Positions 46,883 to 55,573 of a stretch of 64,000 nucleotides of DNA are shown piece after piece. Below the pieces are notes generated by a model that ran no database searches, was not told the DNA's origin, and worked only from the letters and a program-made list of their open reading frames with translations. The position numbers and the translations under genes are program-made. Source of the stretch: an uncultured virus (IMG/VR IMGVR_UViG_3300025614_000002) (Duplodnaviria; Heunggongvirae; Uroviricota; Caudoviricetes); the IMG/VR virus record IMGVR_UViG_3300025614_000002; one strand, given 5' to 3'. How positions within the stretch are numbered: position 1 is the first letter of the stretch; each line of letters starts with the position of its first letter.

Positions 46883-47787
46883 TCCACGTCGCTCAGGCTC
46901 GTGATCTCGTTTCCCGAGTCCACGTCCTGGTTGTACTGGTACGCCAGGTAGCCATCCAGGGTCTCCAGGTGCTCCAGGACACGGGTGAGGACGGTCTCGA
47001 CTCCCTCGAGCCGGGACGCCTGCGCATCGACGTGCTTGTCGAGCATGGTGCCGATGGTGGTGACCATGCCCTCGAGCTTCTCGAGATCGGCCGAAGCTGC
47101 CGCGGGGGCGGCGGGGGCGGCGGCCGTCTTCTTGGCCTTCGCGGGAGCACGACGGGCCGGCGCCTTCTTCACGGGTGCCTTCTTGGCCGGGGCCTTCTTC
47201 TCGACCTCCTCCTCCTCTTCCTCGGAAGCCTCTTCCTCGACCTCCTCCTCGACCTCCTCCTTGGGAGCGGGCTTCTTCCGGGGGCGGCGCGGCTTCTTGG
47301 CCGGGGCCTTCTTGGGGGGCGCCTCTTCCTCGGCCTTCTCCTCGGCCTTCTCCTCACCACCGCTACCCGCGGGGGCTCCGTTCTCCTTCAGGTCGGCGAG
47401 CAGCGTCTTGAGCTCCTCGACATCCAGGTCCCCGATGCTCTCGTAGGGCGCCGCGCCCTCATCGGTGGTGAACTTGGAGATCATCTCGGCCAGGTCAGCG
47501 GCGGGGATCTTGAAGGAGTTGCCGCCGCGGGGCGGGATCAGACCGAGGTGAATGGCGATTCCGCGCAGGTACCGCTTCTGTCCAACAGGCATAGGTAGAG
47601 TCTCTCGTTTGGGGTTTTTCGTACAAACGGCGAAGGCGCCGAAGTCGAAGACGGCTCGAATTCGTGCGCGAGTCACCCCCTCATGGGATTCCTCGTGCAG
47701 GGAGCAACCTCCCCCGTCTTCGAGCATGACGGGGAAGACCTTCTTGCATTTCGCAAGCCGGGCGCAGCTAACACACGGCTCGAACAT
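46870..47787 (-). CDS. Hypothetical protein with Cys-rich N-terminus and K/A/P/E-rich low-complexity linker
   Basis: ATG at 47787 (TGATG overlap), with a possible internal start at 47592. KKAPAKK-like repeats alternate with poly-Glu. Confidence 0.75.
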   Translation of the reverse strand: MFEPCVSCARLAKCKKVFPVMLEDGGGCSLHEESHEGVTRARIRAVFDFGAFAVCTKNPKRETLPMPVGQKRYLRGIAIHLGLIPPRGGNSFKIPAADLAEMISKFTTDEGAAPYESIGDLDVEELKTLLADLKENGAPAGSGGEEKAEEKAEEEAPPKKAPAKKPRRPRKKPAPKEEVEEEVEEEASEEEEEEVEKKAPAKKAPVKKAPARRAPAKAKKTAAAPAAPAAASADLEKLEGMVTTIGTMLDKHVDAQASRLEGVETVLTRVLEHLETLDGYLAYQYNQDVDSGNEITSLSDVDWRS

Positions 47788-48080
47788 CACAGGATCTCGT
47801 TGCGGAACTTCGCCCAGCACCCGAGCACGATGGTGTCCGGACACCCGAAGGTGACGCAGGTACCGTCGCATGTGGGGAGCTGGGTTCGGATCCTGCGCCA
47901 GTTTCTCTTGATGTGGCGCTCCATCGTTTCTCGGTGCTCATCCAGGCGGCAGTTCTCCGGGACTTCGCCACCCTCGAGCGCATCCAGGACCGCAGCAGAG
48001 GAGCTGCCCCGAGACAGGTTCCCAAGGCCTTCTTCGCGCGCGATATCGATGAGTTCACTCTTGTTGATCTCGTCACCCAT
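47787..48080 (-). CDS. Hypothetical Cys-containing protein
   Basis: 97 aa; CDGTCVTFGCPD...C. Confidence 0.75.
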   Translation of the reverse strand: MGDEINKSELIDIAREEGLGNLSRGSSSAAVLDALEGGEVPENCRLDEHRETMERHIKRNWRRIRTQLPTCDGTCVTFGCPDTIVLGCWAKFRNEIL

Positions 48081-48534
48081 CGGGGACTCCGAAGTCTTCT
48101 GGGTCAGAGGGCTCCAGGAGCAGGTGTACCCCTACTTTGTCTCCCATCTCTTTCCGCAGGTACAGCTCGAAGAAGAGGCAGTCGTCGATTGACCCTCCAA
48201 GGGCTTCGACGAGGCAGTCCTCGATCAACTTCCGCCTATTTCCTACGTCGAATTTCTTATAGCGGGTTTTTGCCTTTCCTTTAGCCCACCCCTTGTTGAT
48301 GACCGTTTCGAAGGTGAATGAGAGCGAGAGCGTGTAGATGGACCGCGGAGTGTGCTTCGCTACGAAACGGTTGATCTCCGTGAAGTAGTTCTCTCTGAGG
48401 TACTGCGTGAACACGATCTTGAAGTCGCGCGCCTCCTTGGAGTAGACCTGACCTCCCTGCCGACGGTGAACCCGGATTCGGTTCTCCGACGGAGGGAGGT
48501 ACGGCACCCACAGCTCAAGATCTGCGGTACCCAT
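48073..48534 (-). CDS. RusA-like Holliday junction resolvase
   Basis: LPPSENR...YSKEARDFK...FDVGNRRKLIEDCL...IDDCLFFEL matches the RusA D..N..K...D....DD motif. Confidence 0.75.
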   Translation of the reverse strand: MGTADLELWVPYLPPSENRIRVHRRQGGQVYSKEARDFKIVFTQYLRENYFTEINRFVAKHTPRSIYTLSLSFTFETVINKGWAKGKAKTRYKKFDVGNRRKLIEDCLVEALGGSIDDCLFFELYLRKEMGDKVGVHLLLEPSDPEDFGVPDG

Positions 48535-49066
48535 CTACGTTCCTCCGGCGCTTCTTGCCGTCCACCTCCATGCGCTTCGTCTCGATGAGCCGGGAGATGA
48601 CCGCCCGGTCGCGAGAGGCGGACTTGGTGAGGCCCTCCAGGAGCTCGAGGTAGGTCTTCGCCTCGACGTAGTTCACGTCCGCTTCGACGTAGCGAATGTC
48701 CGTGAGGCACTCATCATCCTTCGTCTGGGCGCTCCCCGCCTTCTGCTTCCGAACCAGGGACTTGGTCAGCTTCAGCTTCCGGTCGGCGTTGAGGACCTCC
48801 GCCCGCGCCACTGTGGCCAGGTTCTCCAGGAAATCCGCGTAGCCGCACATCAGCGCGAAGATGGTCCCCAGCTCCTTGGAGGTGAAGTCCGTGATGTTGG
48901 AGGGCAGGTGCCCGTCGAAGGGGTCTCCGTTCTTGTCGTAGGGCCGCTGGGGGGTGTTCAGCCCCTGCTCCTCCAGTCGCGCGAGGGCGCGCTCTGCGGC
49001 GGTGTTGTACATCTCCTCGCCCTCTTCGAGGCCGACGGTGAAGTCTGTTCCTTTGGTGCGGCTCAC
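48515..49066 (-). CDS. Helical protein, possibly a UvsY-like recombination mediator
   Basis: 183 aa coiled-coil in the recombination cluster. The resemblance to UvsY is weak. Confidence 0.45.
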   Translation of the reverse strand: MSRTKGTDFTVGLEEGEEMYNTAAERALARLEEQGLNTPQRPYDKNGDPFDGHLPSNITDFTSKELGTIFALMCGYADFLENLATVARAEVLNADRKLKLTKSLVRKQKAGSAQTKDDECLTDIRYVEADVNYVEAKTYLELLEGLTKSASRDRAVISRLIETKRMEVDGKKRRRNVDGYRRS

Positions 49067-49872
49067 AGCTTGTGCTCACAGAAGTAGGCGTAGGGGCAGA
49101 AGTTGCACTGGTCCTTCGTGGCATCCGCGATGGGAGGCTTGCCCTCCTCGAGCGCAGCTTCCACGCGCGAACCCTTGTTCTTCCACCACCGTCGGTAGAT
49201 CTTGGGGTCATACGGGACCACGAACTCCTTGACGGAGTGCGGCCACTTCTTCGCGACGTAGAGGAACGAGATGAAGGGAGTGTCCAGCGCAGTCGCGTAG
49301 ATGCCCACAGCCTGGATCAGGTGCTCCTTCTTCGGAGCCTGCAGGCGATCGAACTCCGCCCCCATGCTCTTGATCTCCAGCAGAACCCGAGTCTGCGGAA
49401 GGTCCACCACCCCGTCCGTCCGGCTGTTGCTCACGAACGCCTCTGGGAGATCCACCCGGACCTCATCCCGGAACTGGCCCGGGAGCGCCGTATGCAGTGC
49501 CTTCTGGACCACATCGTGGATGGCGTGGCCCATGGAGAAGGTGATCATCAGCTCGGGCTTGATCTTCTGCTTCGGGCGGAAGCTGCCATCTGCGTCGTAG
49601 TACAGCCGACGGATGCAGCCGTGGGCCGAGCTCGCGTGGATGGTCCCCACGCTCCGGTGGTACTTCTTGACCTTGCCGCCCCCATGACAGGTCCCGCACT
49701 CCAGGTCGGGCTCCTCTTCCTGCCACGCCTCGTACTCATCGAGAGTCAGCCCCTCTTCTGACCCATTTCGCTTCACTCCCGTGTAGTAGTACCCGCGGAG
49801 GTTGATCGTGCTTCGAATCTCCTCGACTTCTCGTGAGTCAGCCTTGAGCAGATCGTCAATCGTTCGGATCAT
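49063..49872 (-). CDS. Cas4-like PD-(D/E)xK exonuclease
   Basis: IHASSAHGCIRRLYY, GHAIHDVVQ, RTDGVV...LLEIKS, HLIQAVGIY, C-terminal CNFCPYAYFC. Confidence 0.85.
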   Translation of the reverse strand: MIRTIDDLLKADSREVEEIRSTINLRGYYYTGVKRNGSEEGLTLDEYEAWQEEEPDLECGTCHGGGKVKKYHRSVGTIHASSAHGCIRRLYYDADGSFRPKQKIKPELMITFSMGHAIHDVVQKALHTALPGQFRDEVRVDLPEAFVSNSRTDGVVDLPQTRVLLEIKSMGAEFDRLQAPKKEHLIQAVGIYATALDTPFISFLYVAKKWPHSVKEFVVPYDPKIYRRWWKNKGSRVEAALEEGKPPIADATKDQCNFCPYAYFCEHKL

Positions 49873-50317
49873 TCTGGTAGGTCTCCAGTAGTTGAAGGAA
49901 CCAGTCCTCGGGGACGACGTAGTACGCCTCCCCCGACTCCCGGTACTCGATGTAGAACAGGGGAATCTGGTCCCCAGTGGCCTGTTCAGCCACCTTCAGG
50001 AGGTCCGCCACCTTCAAGGTGAATGACTTCTTATCCGTGTACTTGCACTCAACGCGGACAGCGTCTGACCGCACGTCCCCTTTGTCGATGGGGGTCTGGC
50101 CGGAGGCGATCGTAGTGCGCCCGCCCACTTGCTTGGCGACGCGCTTCTCCTGCTTGTCCGACTGCTTCCGGTAGCTGCGGGCCCCAGAACGGAGCTTGTC
50201 CTTCTGGGGCGCCTCTCGCTTTGCCTTCCAGGTGCGCCCGCACTTCTGGCACTTCAGCTTGCCCAGTGCCCAGGGCCTCAAGAGGCCCCGGCACACAGCG
50301 CATAGATCCTCGCTCAC
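49856..50317 (-). CDS. Hjc-like Holliday junction resolvase with N-terminal Zn ribbon
   Basis: CAVC...CQKC; QEKRVAK..GGR....SG....KGDVR....VECKYT. Confidence 0.75.
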   Translation of the reverse strand: MSEDLCAVCRGLLRPWALGKLKCQKCGRTWKAKREAPQKDKLRSGARSYRKQSDKQEKRVAKQVGGRTTIASGQTPIDKGDVRSDAVRVECKYTDKKSFTLKVADLLKVAEQATGDQIPLFYIEYRESGEAYYVVPEDWFLQLLETYQNDPND

Positions 50318-51480
50318 CCGTAGCTACAGCGAACGCCAGCTGCCGAGAGAGTCTTCTTCTCCAGGAGCTCCAGGAGCCCGTCCGTCTCTCGGACAAACTC
50401 AGCAGCAGCCCGTGCTCCCTGCCCGATCTGCTCACCTTCGTAGGAGTACCACGCGCCCTTCCGGGTCACGATCCCGTAGTCGCCCGCTACCGCGACAGAG
50501 TGTGCTTCTCTGTCGATGCCGCAGTGCTCGTACATGAAGTCGAAGGTCCCGCGAGCACCCTCGTGCCCTCCCGCCTTCTGCTTGGTGATCTCCCAGCGGA
50601 TGGTCTTGCCGGTCAACAGCTTGCCGTCCTTGATCTTGGCCTGGGGCGCCATCTCCACCGTCACCCATCGGGCGTGCTTCAGTGCCCAGCCGCCGGCCTC
50701 CAGCGTCTTCGGGCTGTACTTGTTGGCCCGGTCGGTGTTGTCCCGAACCTGGTTGATCCCGATGACGCAGGTGAGGTTGGGATTGCCGTCCTTGTCCGGA
50801 GACAGGGCCGTGTTGAGCTTGCGCGCGAACCTGGTGTTCAGCATCGCCGCTCCTCCCACTCGAGGGGAGTCTCCCAGCTCTCCCACGTTGTCGTGCTCCG
50901 TCAGAAGAGACCCGAAAGAGTCGATGACGACGATGTCGAACTCACGACTGGCGATGACATCGATCGCGATCTGCAGGGCCTCCTCCGCCGTAGACGGCGG
51001 GATGGTGGCAAACTCCCCGATCTGCTCGGTCAGCGCCCCCACGATCTCATCCGAGGGGTCCTCCAGGAGATCTTCACGGTACTCCGAGATGAAGTGAGCG
51101 ACCTCGAGGTCCGAGAAGGAGACCTTCACGCCGCAGGCGTGGGCGAACTCCTTGTCGAAGACCATCTCGGTAGACACGACGGCCACCGAAGTCTTCTCCC
51201 CATGCTGCCGCTGGTGCTCTCGGATGACCTGGTTGGCCAGCCAGTTCTTCCCCACTCCCTGCTTGCCCGTGAAGAAGGACATCCCTCCAGCGGGGAGCCC
51301 TCCCCCAAGCGCGATGTCCAGATCCAGGACCCCTGTGGGCAGGCGCTTGACCTTCCAGGGCATCGTGTACTCCCCAGCCGTGAAGACCCGGCCGGGGTAC
51401 TTGCTCTTCAGCTTGTTGATGACTGCAGAAGCCCGACTACCGGCTGCGGTGGCGGCGGGGGCCTTCTTCTTTCTTGGCAT
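50314..51480 (-). CDS. recA: RecA/UvsX-like recombinase
   Basis: LPTGVLDLDIALGGGLPAG, Walker A GKQGVGKN, IVVIDSFG, INQVRD, GGWALKH, KGAWYSYEGEQIGQG. ATG at 51480 follows GGGAG. Confidence 0.93.
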   Translation of the reverse strand: MPRKKKAPAATAAGSRASAVINKLKSKYPGRVFTAGEYTMPWKVKRLPTGVLDLDIALGGGLPAGGMSFFTGKQGVGKNWLANQVIREHQRQHGEKTSVAVVSTEMVFDKEFAHACGVKVSFSDLEVAHFISEYREDLLEDPSDEIVGALTEQIGEFATIPPSTAEEALQIAIDVIASREFDIVVIDSFGSLLTEHDNVGELGDSPRVGGAAMLNTRFARKLNTALSPDKDGNPNLTCVIGINQVRDNTDRANKYSPKTLEAGGWALKHARWVTVEMAPQAKIKDGKLLTGKTIRWEITKQKAGGHEGARGTFDFMYEHCGIDREAHSVAVAGDYGIVTRKGAWYSYEGEQIGQGARAAAEFVRETDGLLELLEKKTLSAAGVRCSYG

Positions 51481-51631
51481 GCTTCTCCCAAGGGCGTGTC
51501 CCACAGTTGGGACAGTGGGGGGTCATCCCCCCGTGGTTGACGTTTCGAGAACCGCACTCAGGGCAGGGCGCAGCCCCATCCGTGGCGGTCTTCATGTGGT
51601 GGTTGTCCAGGACGACAGCGTATTTGTCCAT
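51437..51631 (-). CDS. Small Zn-ribbon protein (CPECG...CPNCG)
   Basis: 64 aa. It also contains an MKTA motif. Confidence 0.7.
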   Translation of the reverse strand: MDKYAVVLDNHHMKTATDGAAPCPECGSRNVNHGGMTPHCPNCGTRPWEKHAKKEEGPRRHRSR

Positions 51632-51909
51632 GAGTTCATCTCCAGGCGGAAGGCACGGATGGGCTTGATGCCCAGCATCAGCCTAACCACCGTCTTCCTC
51701 TCTCGGTTCTCCGCACCCGGAGGAGAGGTGAAGGAACTGTGTTGTCGGGCAGAGCAGGTGATCCGGAACAGGCCTCGAAAGACCACCTCCTGCTGCCGTA
51801 CAAGATTCTCGGCCATGACCTCCTTGAGGGAGTTCATCATCAGCTGTACCGCTGGCAGGGGGATGCCAGTCCTCTTCATGATTTCCTCTTCCATTTCTCG
51901 CTGGGTCAC
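51592..51909 (-). CDS. HU/IHF-like DNA-binding protein
   Basis: GTG at 51909 (GTGA overlap). TQREMEEEIMKRTGIP...MAENLVRQQEVVFRGLFRI...IKPIRAFRLEMN follows the HU helix-helix-beta-arm pattern. Confidence 0.75.
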   Translation of the reverse strand: MTQREMEEEIMKRTGIPLPAVQLMMNSLKEVMAENLVRQQEVVFRGLFRITCSARQHSSFTSPPGAENRERKTVVRLMLGIKPIRAFRLEMNSWTNTLSSWTTTT

Positions 51910-52109
51910 GGAGCCACCAGATCTTCCAGAAGGTGCGCGTGCTCCGAGCACGCTTCCCACGTCGTGCGGGAGTCCGTGAAGCCGCCGCGCCTCCAGCCGC
52001 TGCCGATGACATGCGGCCCCGGCTTGAGAGTCGCGGAGCACCAGTCGCACTTGATCTCGACGAGGACCGTCTCGCCCGTATCCTCTCGCCTGGCGTAGAC
52101 GCGGCTCAC
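51906..52109 (-). CDS. Small protein with CDWC...CSEH Zn-binding motif
   Basis: 67 aa, GTGA overlaps. Confidence 0.7.
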   Translation of the reverse strand: MSRVYARREDTGETVLVEIKCDWCSATLKPGPHVIGSGWRRGGFTDSRTTWEACSEHAHLLEDLVAP

Positions 52110-52486
52110 CCTTCTTCCGGGGCCGCTGCGTTGATCTCTTCGAATGTGCGTCGGTCTGACCGGCCCTCTCGCTGGCAGCGAGGAGGATCGCCCATGAAGC
52201 CGTCCATGCCGTCAGGATCGCGGCCCCCGCAGCGCATGGTTTCCCCGCAGACGCCGCAGTACTCCTGGCTCCCCCGCCCCCCGCACACAGGGCACGAGCG
52301 CGTCCGCTTCTTCGGGTCCCTGCCGGCGCCCTGACAACGGCTGCATCGGCCCTCGATGACGTTGCCGGGGAGGGCCCAGGATGCATAGGCGGCCGGCAGT
52401 GCGGCCTCTTGGTGCTCCCGCACCGAAGAGCGGGGGTCCATGGAGGCGCGCGCTCCTGCCATGAAGGCTTCTTTCTCGGTACTCAT
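52106..52486 (-). CDS. Protein with DnaJ-type CxxCxGxG zinc finger
   Basis: CSRCQGAG...CPVCGGRG...CGVCG. Confidence 0.7.
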   Translation of the reverse strand: MSTEKEAFMAGARASMDPRSSVREHQEAALPAAYASWALPGNVIEGRCSRCQGAGRDPKKRTRSCPVCGGRGSQEYCGVCGETMRCGGRDPDGMDGFMGDPPRCQREGRSDRRTFEEINAAAPEEG

Positions 52487-52638
52487 CGCTCACCTGTGTC
52501 GTTGTGTGTGAAGAGCGCAGCGCGCTTCTCAATGGCCCAGTGGGTAGCCTCATCCTCGGTCGCGGAGCACCAGTCGCACTTGATCTCGACGAGGATGTCT
52601 TCGCCGGTGTCTTCCCGCCTGGCGTAGATGCGACTCAT
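52483..52638 (-). CDS. 51-aa paralog sharing its N-terminus with 51906..52109
   Basis: Not in the track. MSRIYARREDTGEDILVEIKCDWCSATEDEATHWAIEKRAALFTHNDTGER*, with ATGA overlaps on both sides. Confidence 0.65.
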   Translation of the reverse strand: MSRIYARREDTGEDILVEIKCDWCSATEDEATHWAIEKRAALFTHNDTGER

Positions 52639-52931
52639 TCCTCACCCTCATCGAGCTCGCGCACGGAAGAAAACCTCCCGACGAGCTCCCCTCCGGCCAC
52701 CACATCAAAGGGCACATCGTCGTGCTGAAGTTGCGTGAAGATGGTCTCGATCGCGGGGTAGGGCTCGATGGTCTGCTGCGTGACCTCGTACACGCCCTCC
52801 CCTGGCCGATCTTTGCGGAACTTGATCCCGTAGTGGGCACCTCGCGAGTGGCCGCAGAGGATGCAGGGAGAGTCGGGCGGCCCCCCGATATCGAGGCAGA
52901 AGTTTCGACAGGGCTTCTCGTGCTTGCTCAC
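52635..52931 (-). CDS. Hypothetical protein (PC.NF...PCILCGHSRGAH)
   Basis: GTG at 52931 overlaps the upstream TGA. Cys/His cluster. Confidence 0.6.
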   Translation of the reverse strand: MSKHEKPCRNFCLDIGGPPDSPCILCGHSRGAHYGIKFRKDRPGEGVYEVTQQTIEPYPAIETIFTQLQHDDVPFDVVAGGELVGRFSSVRELDEGEE

Positions 52932-53116
52932 TTTTTGGTCTCCGTGCGAGGTGGCTTGATCGGCAAGCACTTGGGAACGAAGCCGGGGGACAGATGTGTC
53001 CGGATGAGGTCCGAGAAGTGCCCGAACTTCTCAGCGTCTTCGACTTTCTTGCGATCTTCCACCGAGAGACTGTCCAGGAACTCTTGTCTGCGCTCTTCAG
53101 AATCTTTGTCGATCAT
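52928..53116 (-). CDS. Hypothetical protein, 62 aa
   Basis: ATGA overlap with the polymerase stop. Confidence 0.6.
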   Translation of the reverse strand: MIDKDSEERRQEFLDSLSVEDRKKVEDAEKFGHFSDLIRTHLSPGFVPKCLPIKPPRTETKK

Positions 53117-55518
53117 TTGGCATCTCCCCAGGACAACGCGTCGTCCATGTCGATGAGAATGGGTACGGCCATGGGGAAGGGGTTCTCCATGTTGATTCGC
53201 ACCCGATCGCGGACAGCTCGGATGAAGTCTTCGTCGTCCGGAACCTCGAAGACGAGCTCATCGTGGATCTGCATCAGCATCCGGGCACCGAACGCGCGCA
53301 TCTCCGGGTCGTTCTCACACCGCCGCATGGCCTTGTTGACGATGTCTGCAGCTGACCCCTGGACCTTGGAGTTGACAGACTGGCGCTGCGCCTGCATGGC
53401 CAGGCCGCGCTCACGAGACAGGATGTCTGGAAGCCGGCGGAATCTCCCTGCGAGTGTCTGGACAAGCAGGTCATTCTTGCATTCCCAGTGGGTCTGCTCG
53501 ATGAACTCCAGAACCTCCGGGTAGATGTTGAAGTACTTGTCGATGAGGGCTTCTGCCTCGGGGCAGGTCTCGTAGGCGCGGCCCGCCCGAGAGATCCGCA
53601 GCTCCAGCGGAAGGCCCAGCTGCATCCCCAGCTTCTTGGGGCCAATCCCGTACAGAAGACCGAAGCCCACCGCCTTCATCGCGGCTCGGAGCTCGATGAG
53701 CTCCAACTGCTCCTTCGTGGGGTTGTCCGCCTTCTTGGCTGCGACGATGTCGTCGTAGTTGGCACCGACCGCCAGAGACGCGGTCATGGAGTGAAGGTCT
53801 TTCCCCGCATGAATCGTCTGGCACATCACGGGGTCACCACTCAGGTGCGCCATGATCCGCATCTCGAGCTGCTGGTAGTCCGCCACGATGAGTCGCATCG
53901 GGAAGTCCCGCGGCAAATCCGGCAGGGGGACATGCTCCACCGAAGGGAGACACCAGTGGTCGCAGGCACCCCAGGTGCCCGCCACGAACCACTTCCGCAT
54001 CTTCCGGCCCCACTCCCCGCGTGAGGGAATGTTCTGGAGATTCGGGTCCCCAGATGCGAGGCGCCCAGTCACCGTCCCTGCGATCTTCAGATCGGTGTGG
54101 ATGCGATCTCGGTTGTCCACCTTGGTCGGCAGCCCAGTCACGTAGGTGCCGTGCAGCTTCTTCAGAACGCGGTGATCTCGAAGGCACTCAGCCAACGGGT
54201 TCCCCTTGTCCGCCCACTTCTCGATCGTGGCCTTGTCCGTACTGGGGAGCTTGATCCCAGTCGTCCCGCCCGTGGTCATCTTCGTGGGCGGCATCCCGAA
54301 CGGGTCCTCCCACTTGTCTCCGACCTTCTTGAAGAAGAGCTCTCGGAGCTGCTTGGGGCTGTTGGGATTCACATCCCAGCCGGCCAGGCGCACGAATTCA
54401 CGCTCGAGCTTCTGGATCGTCTGGAGCATGGGGCCGTCCAGTTCTTCGATCTGCTCCAGGTCGAGCTGGAACCCTCGGCGCTCCATCATCCACAGGACCC
54501 GCAAGAGCTCCGCGGTCTCTGCATGGTAGTAGTCGCAGAGGTTGCTCCCGTTCCCCATATCGACTTCTGCCAGCAGCTTCTCGAGGAGATTCGCCAGCAT
54601 GATCGATGCCCAGGCGTCCAGAGAGGCGTAGTCCCCTACCAGGAGCTCCAGCAGCGCCAGGGGATCCACATCGGCAGCGGCCGTGTGGATGAGTTCCTCC
54701 AGGACCGCTTCGTGCGCCTCAAGGAGCACTTCGGGATCTGTGAGCAGGTGACGCTCGCCATCCCGGTCTTCCTTCGGGACGGGCGGCGCCCCAAGAATCT
54801 CGAAGAAGTCGGACACGTACCCGAGGCGGGTCCTCGTAGTCGGACACAGTCCCGTCTTCCTGGCGATGCTCAGGAGCTGGGAGGCCGTGAGGAGCCTCCC
54901 GAGGTCCGCACGACCCGCAGACGCCTTCTGGGAGACCTTCTTCAGCGATGTGAGGAGGGCCTCCGTTCCTTCCAACTGGCCCACGATGGCCAGGAGCTCC
55001 ACCGCACGCCCCGCATCCTGCGCCTCCATCGCATCGTGCATGTCGCACAAGGTCTTGACCTCGTTGTCGATCTTGCCGACAGACCCGAACACCTCCCGAA
55101 AAGGAGCCATCCGAAGGCCGAGGTAGTCAGCAGAGCACTGCTTGAGCCCGTGACGCCCGATGCGGTTCTCATCCAGGAGCCAGTCCATGGGGACCGTGTC
55201 GAGGAGGTGCCCCTTCAGCTCGATTCCCTCATTCGCCACCATGTGCATGTCGAACTTGGCGTTCGTGAGGCACTTCTCGATGTTCGGGTCCTCCAGAACC
55301 CCGCGGAACACCTCCAGGAGTCGAACGGGGGCACAGATGCGCGTGTCCTCCGTCGCGAAGGAGAAGAACTTGACTCGCGCACCGAATTTGCTCAGTCCGG
55401 TGGTCTCCGTGTCGAACCCCACGCGGGGAGCCTTTGCGTAGAGCGCCGCGTACTGCTGCGCATCTGTCTCGGTGAAGAGGTAGACGGGGTCGGGGGTCTT
55501 TACGAAGGAAAAACGCAT
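53113..55518 (-). CDS. polA: Family A DNA polymerase with 3'-5' exonuclease and no 5'-3' exonuclease
   Basis: ExoI FDTETTG, ExoII NAKFDMH, ExoIII YASLDA. TGRLASGDPNLQNIP, motif A ADYQQLEMR, motif B RAAMKAVGFGLLYG, motif C MQIHDELVFE. Confidence 0.95.
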   Translation of the reverse strand: MRFSFVKTPDPVYLFTETDAQQYAALYAKAPRVGFDTETTGLSKFGARVKFFSFATEDTRICAPVRLLEVFRGVLEDPNIEKCLTNAKFDMHMVANEGIELKGHLLDTVPMDWLLDENRIGRHGLKQCSADYLGLRMAPFREVFGSVGKIDNEVKTLCDMHDAMEAQDAGRAVELLAIVGQLEGTEALLTSLKKVSQKASAGRADLGRLLTASQLLSIARKTGLCPTTRTRLGYVSDFFEILGAPPVPKEDRDGERHLLTDPEVLLEAHEAVLEELIHTAAADVDPLALLELLVGDYASLDAWASIMLANLLEKLLAEVDMGNGSNLCDYYHAETAELLRVLWMMERRGFQLDLEQIEELDGPMLQTIQKLEREFVRLAGWDVNPNSPKQLRELFFKKVGDKWEDPFGMPPTKMTTGGTTGIKLPSTDKATIEKWADKGNPLAECLRDHRVLKKLHGTYVTGLPTKVDNRDRIHTDLKIAGTVTGRLASGDPNLQNIPSRGEWGRKMRKWFVAGTWGACDHWCLPSVEHVPLPDLPRDFPMRLIVADYQQLEMRIMAHLSGDPVMCQTIHAGKDLHSMTASLAVGANYDDIVAAKKADNPTKEQLELIELRAAMKAVGFGLLYGIGPKKLGMQLGLPLELRISRAGRAYETCPEAEALIDKYFNIYPEVLEFIEQTHWECKNDLLVQTLAGRFRRLPDILSRERGLAMQAQRQSVNSKVQGSAADIVNKAMRRCENDPEMRAFGARMLMQIHDELVFEVPDDEDFIRAVRDRVRINMENPFPMAVPILIDMDDALSWGDAK

Positions 55519-55536
55519 AGATGCCTAAACGCATGA

Positions 55537-55564
55537 GGGGCGGGCCCGAAGATGGACCCGCCCC
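55537..55564 (-). terminator. GC-rich hairpin between the SSB-like gene and the polymerase
   Basis: Minus strand GGGGCGGGTCC-ATCTTC-GGGCCCGCCCC (one G-U pair). There is no strong U-tract, so it may be an attenuating or mRNA-stabilising hairpin. Confidence 0.55.
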
Positions 55565-55573
55565 GTGTTGAAA

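Larger units (their letters stand above)
52030..52638. repeat. Direct repeat of ~80 bp (52030-52109 and 52559-52638), with 37 bp identical
   Basis: GTCGCGGAGCACCAGTCGCACTTGATCTCGACGAGGA occurs at 52030 and 52559. Both copies encode MSR[VI]YARREDTGE..LVEIKCDWCSAT. Confidence 0.9.

Noticed and set aside
49063..49872. Cas4-like gene as evidence of CRISPR-Cas
   Set aside because: No repeat-spacer array or other cas genes were seen. Stand-alone Cas4-like nucleases are common in phage recombination modules.
52030..52638. Direct repeat as DGR TR/VR pair or att sites
   Set aside because: The differences look mainly synonymous or conservative rather than adenine-specific, and there is no reverse transcriptase or integrase in the window.
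54640..55080. Intein in the DNA polymerase
   Set aside because: No N-terminal Cys/Ser block, no His-Asn-[CST] junction and no LAGLIDADG motif.
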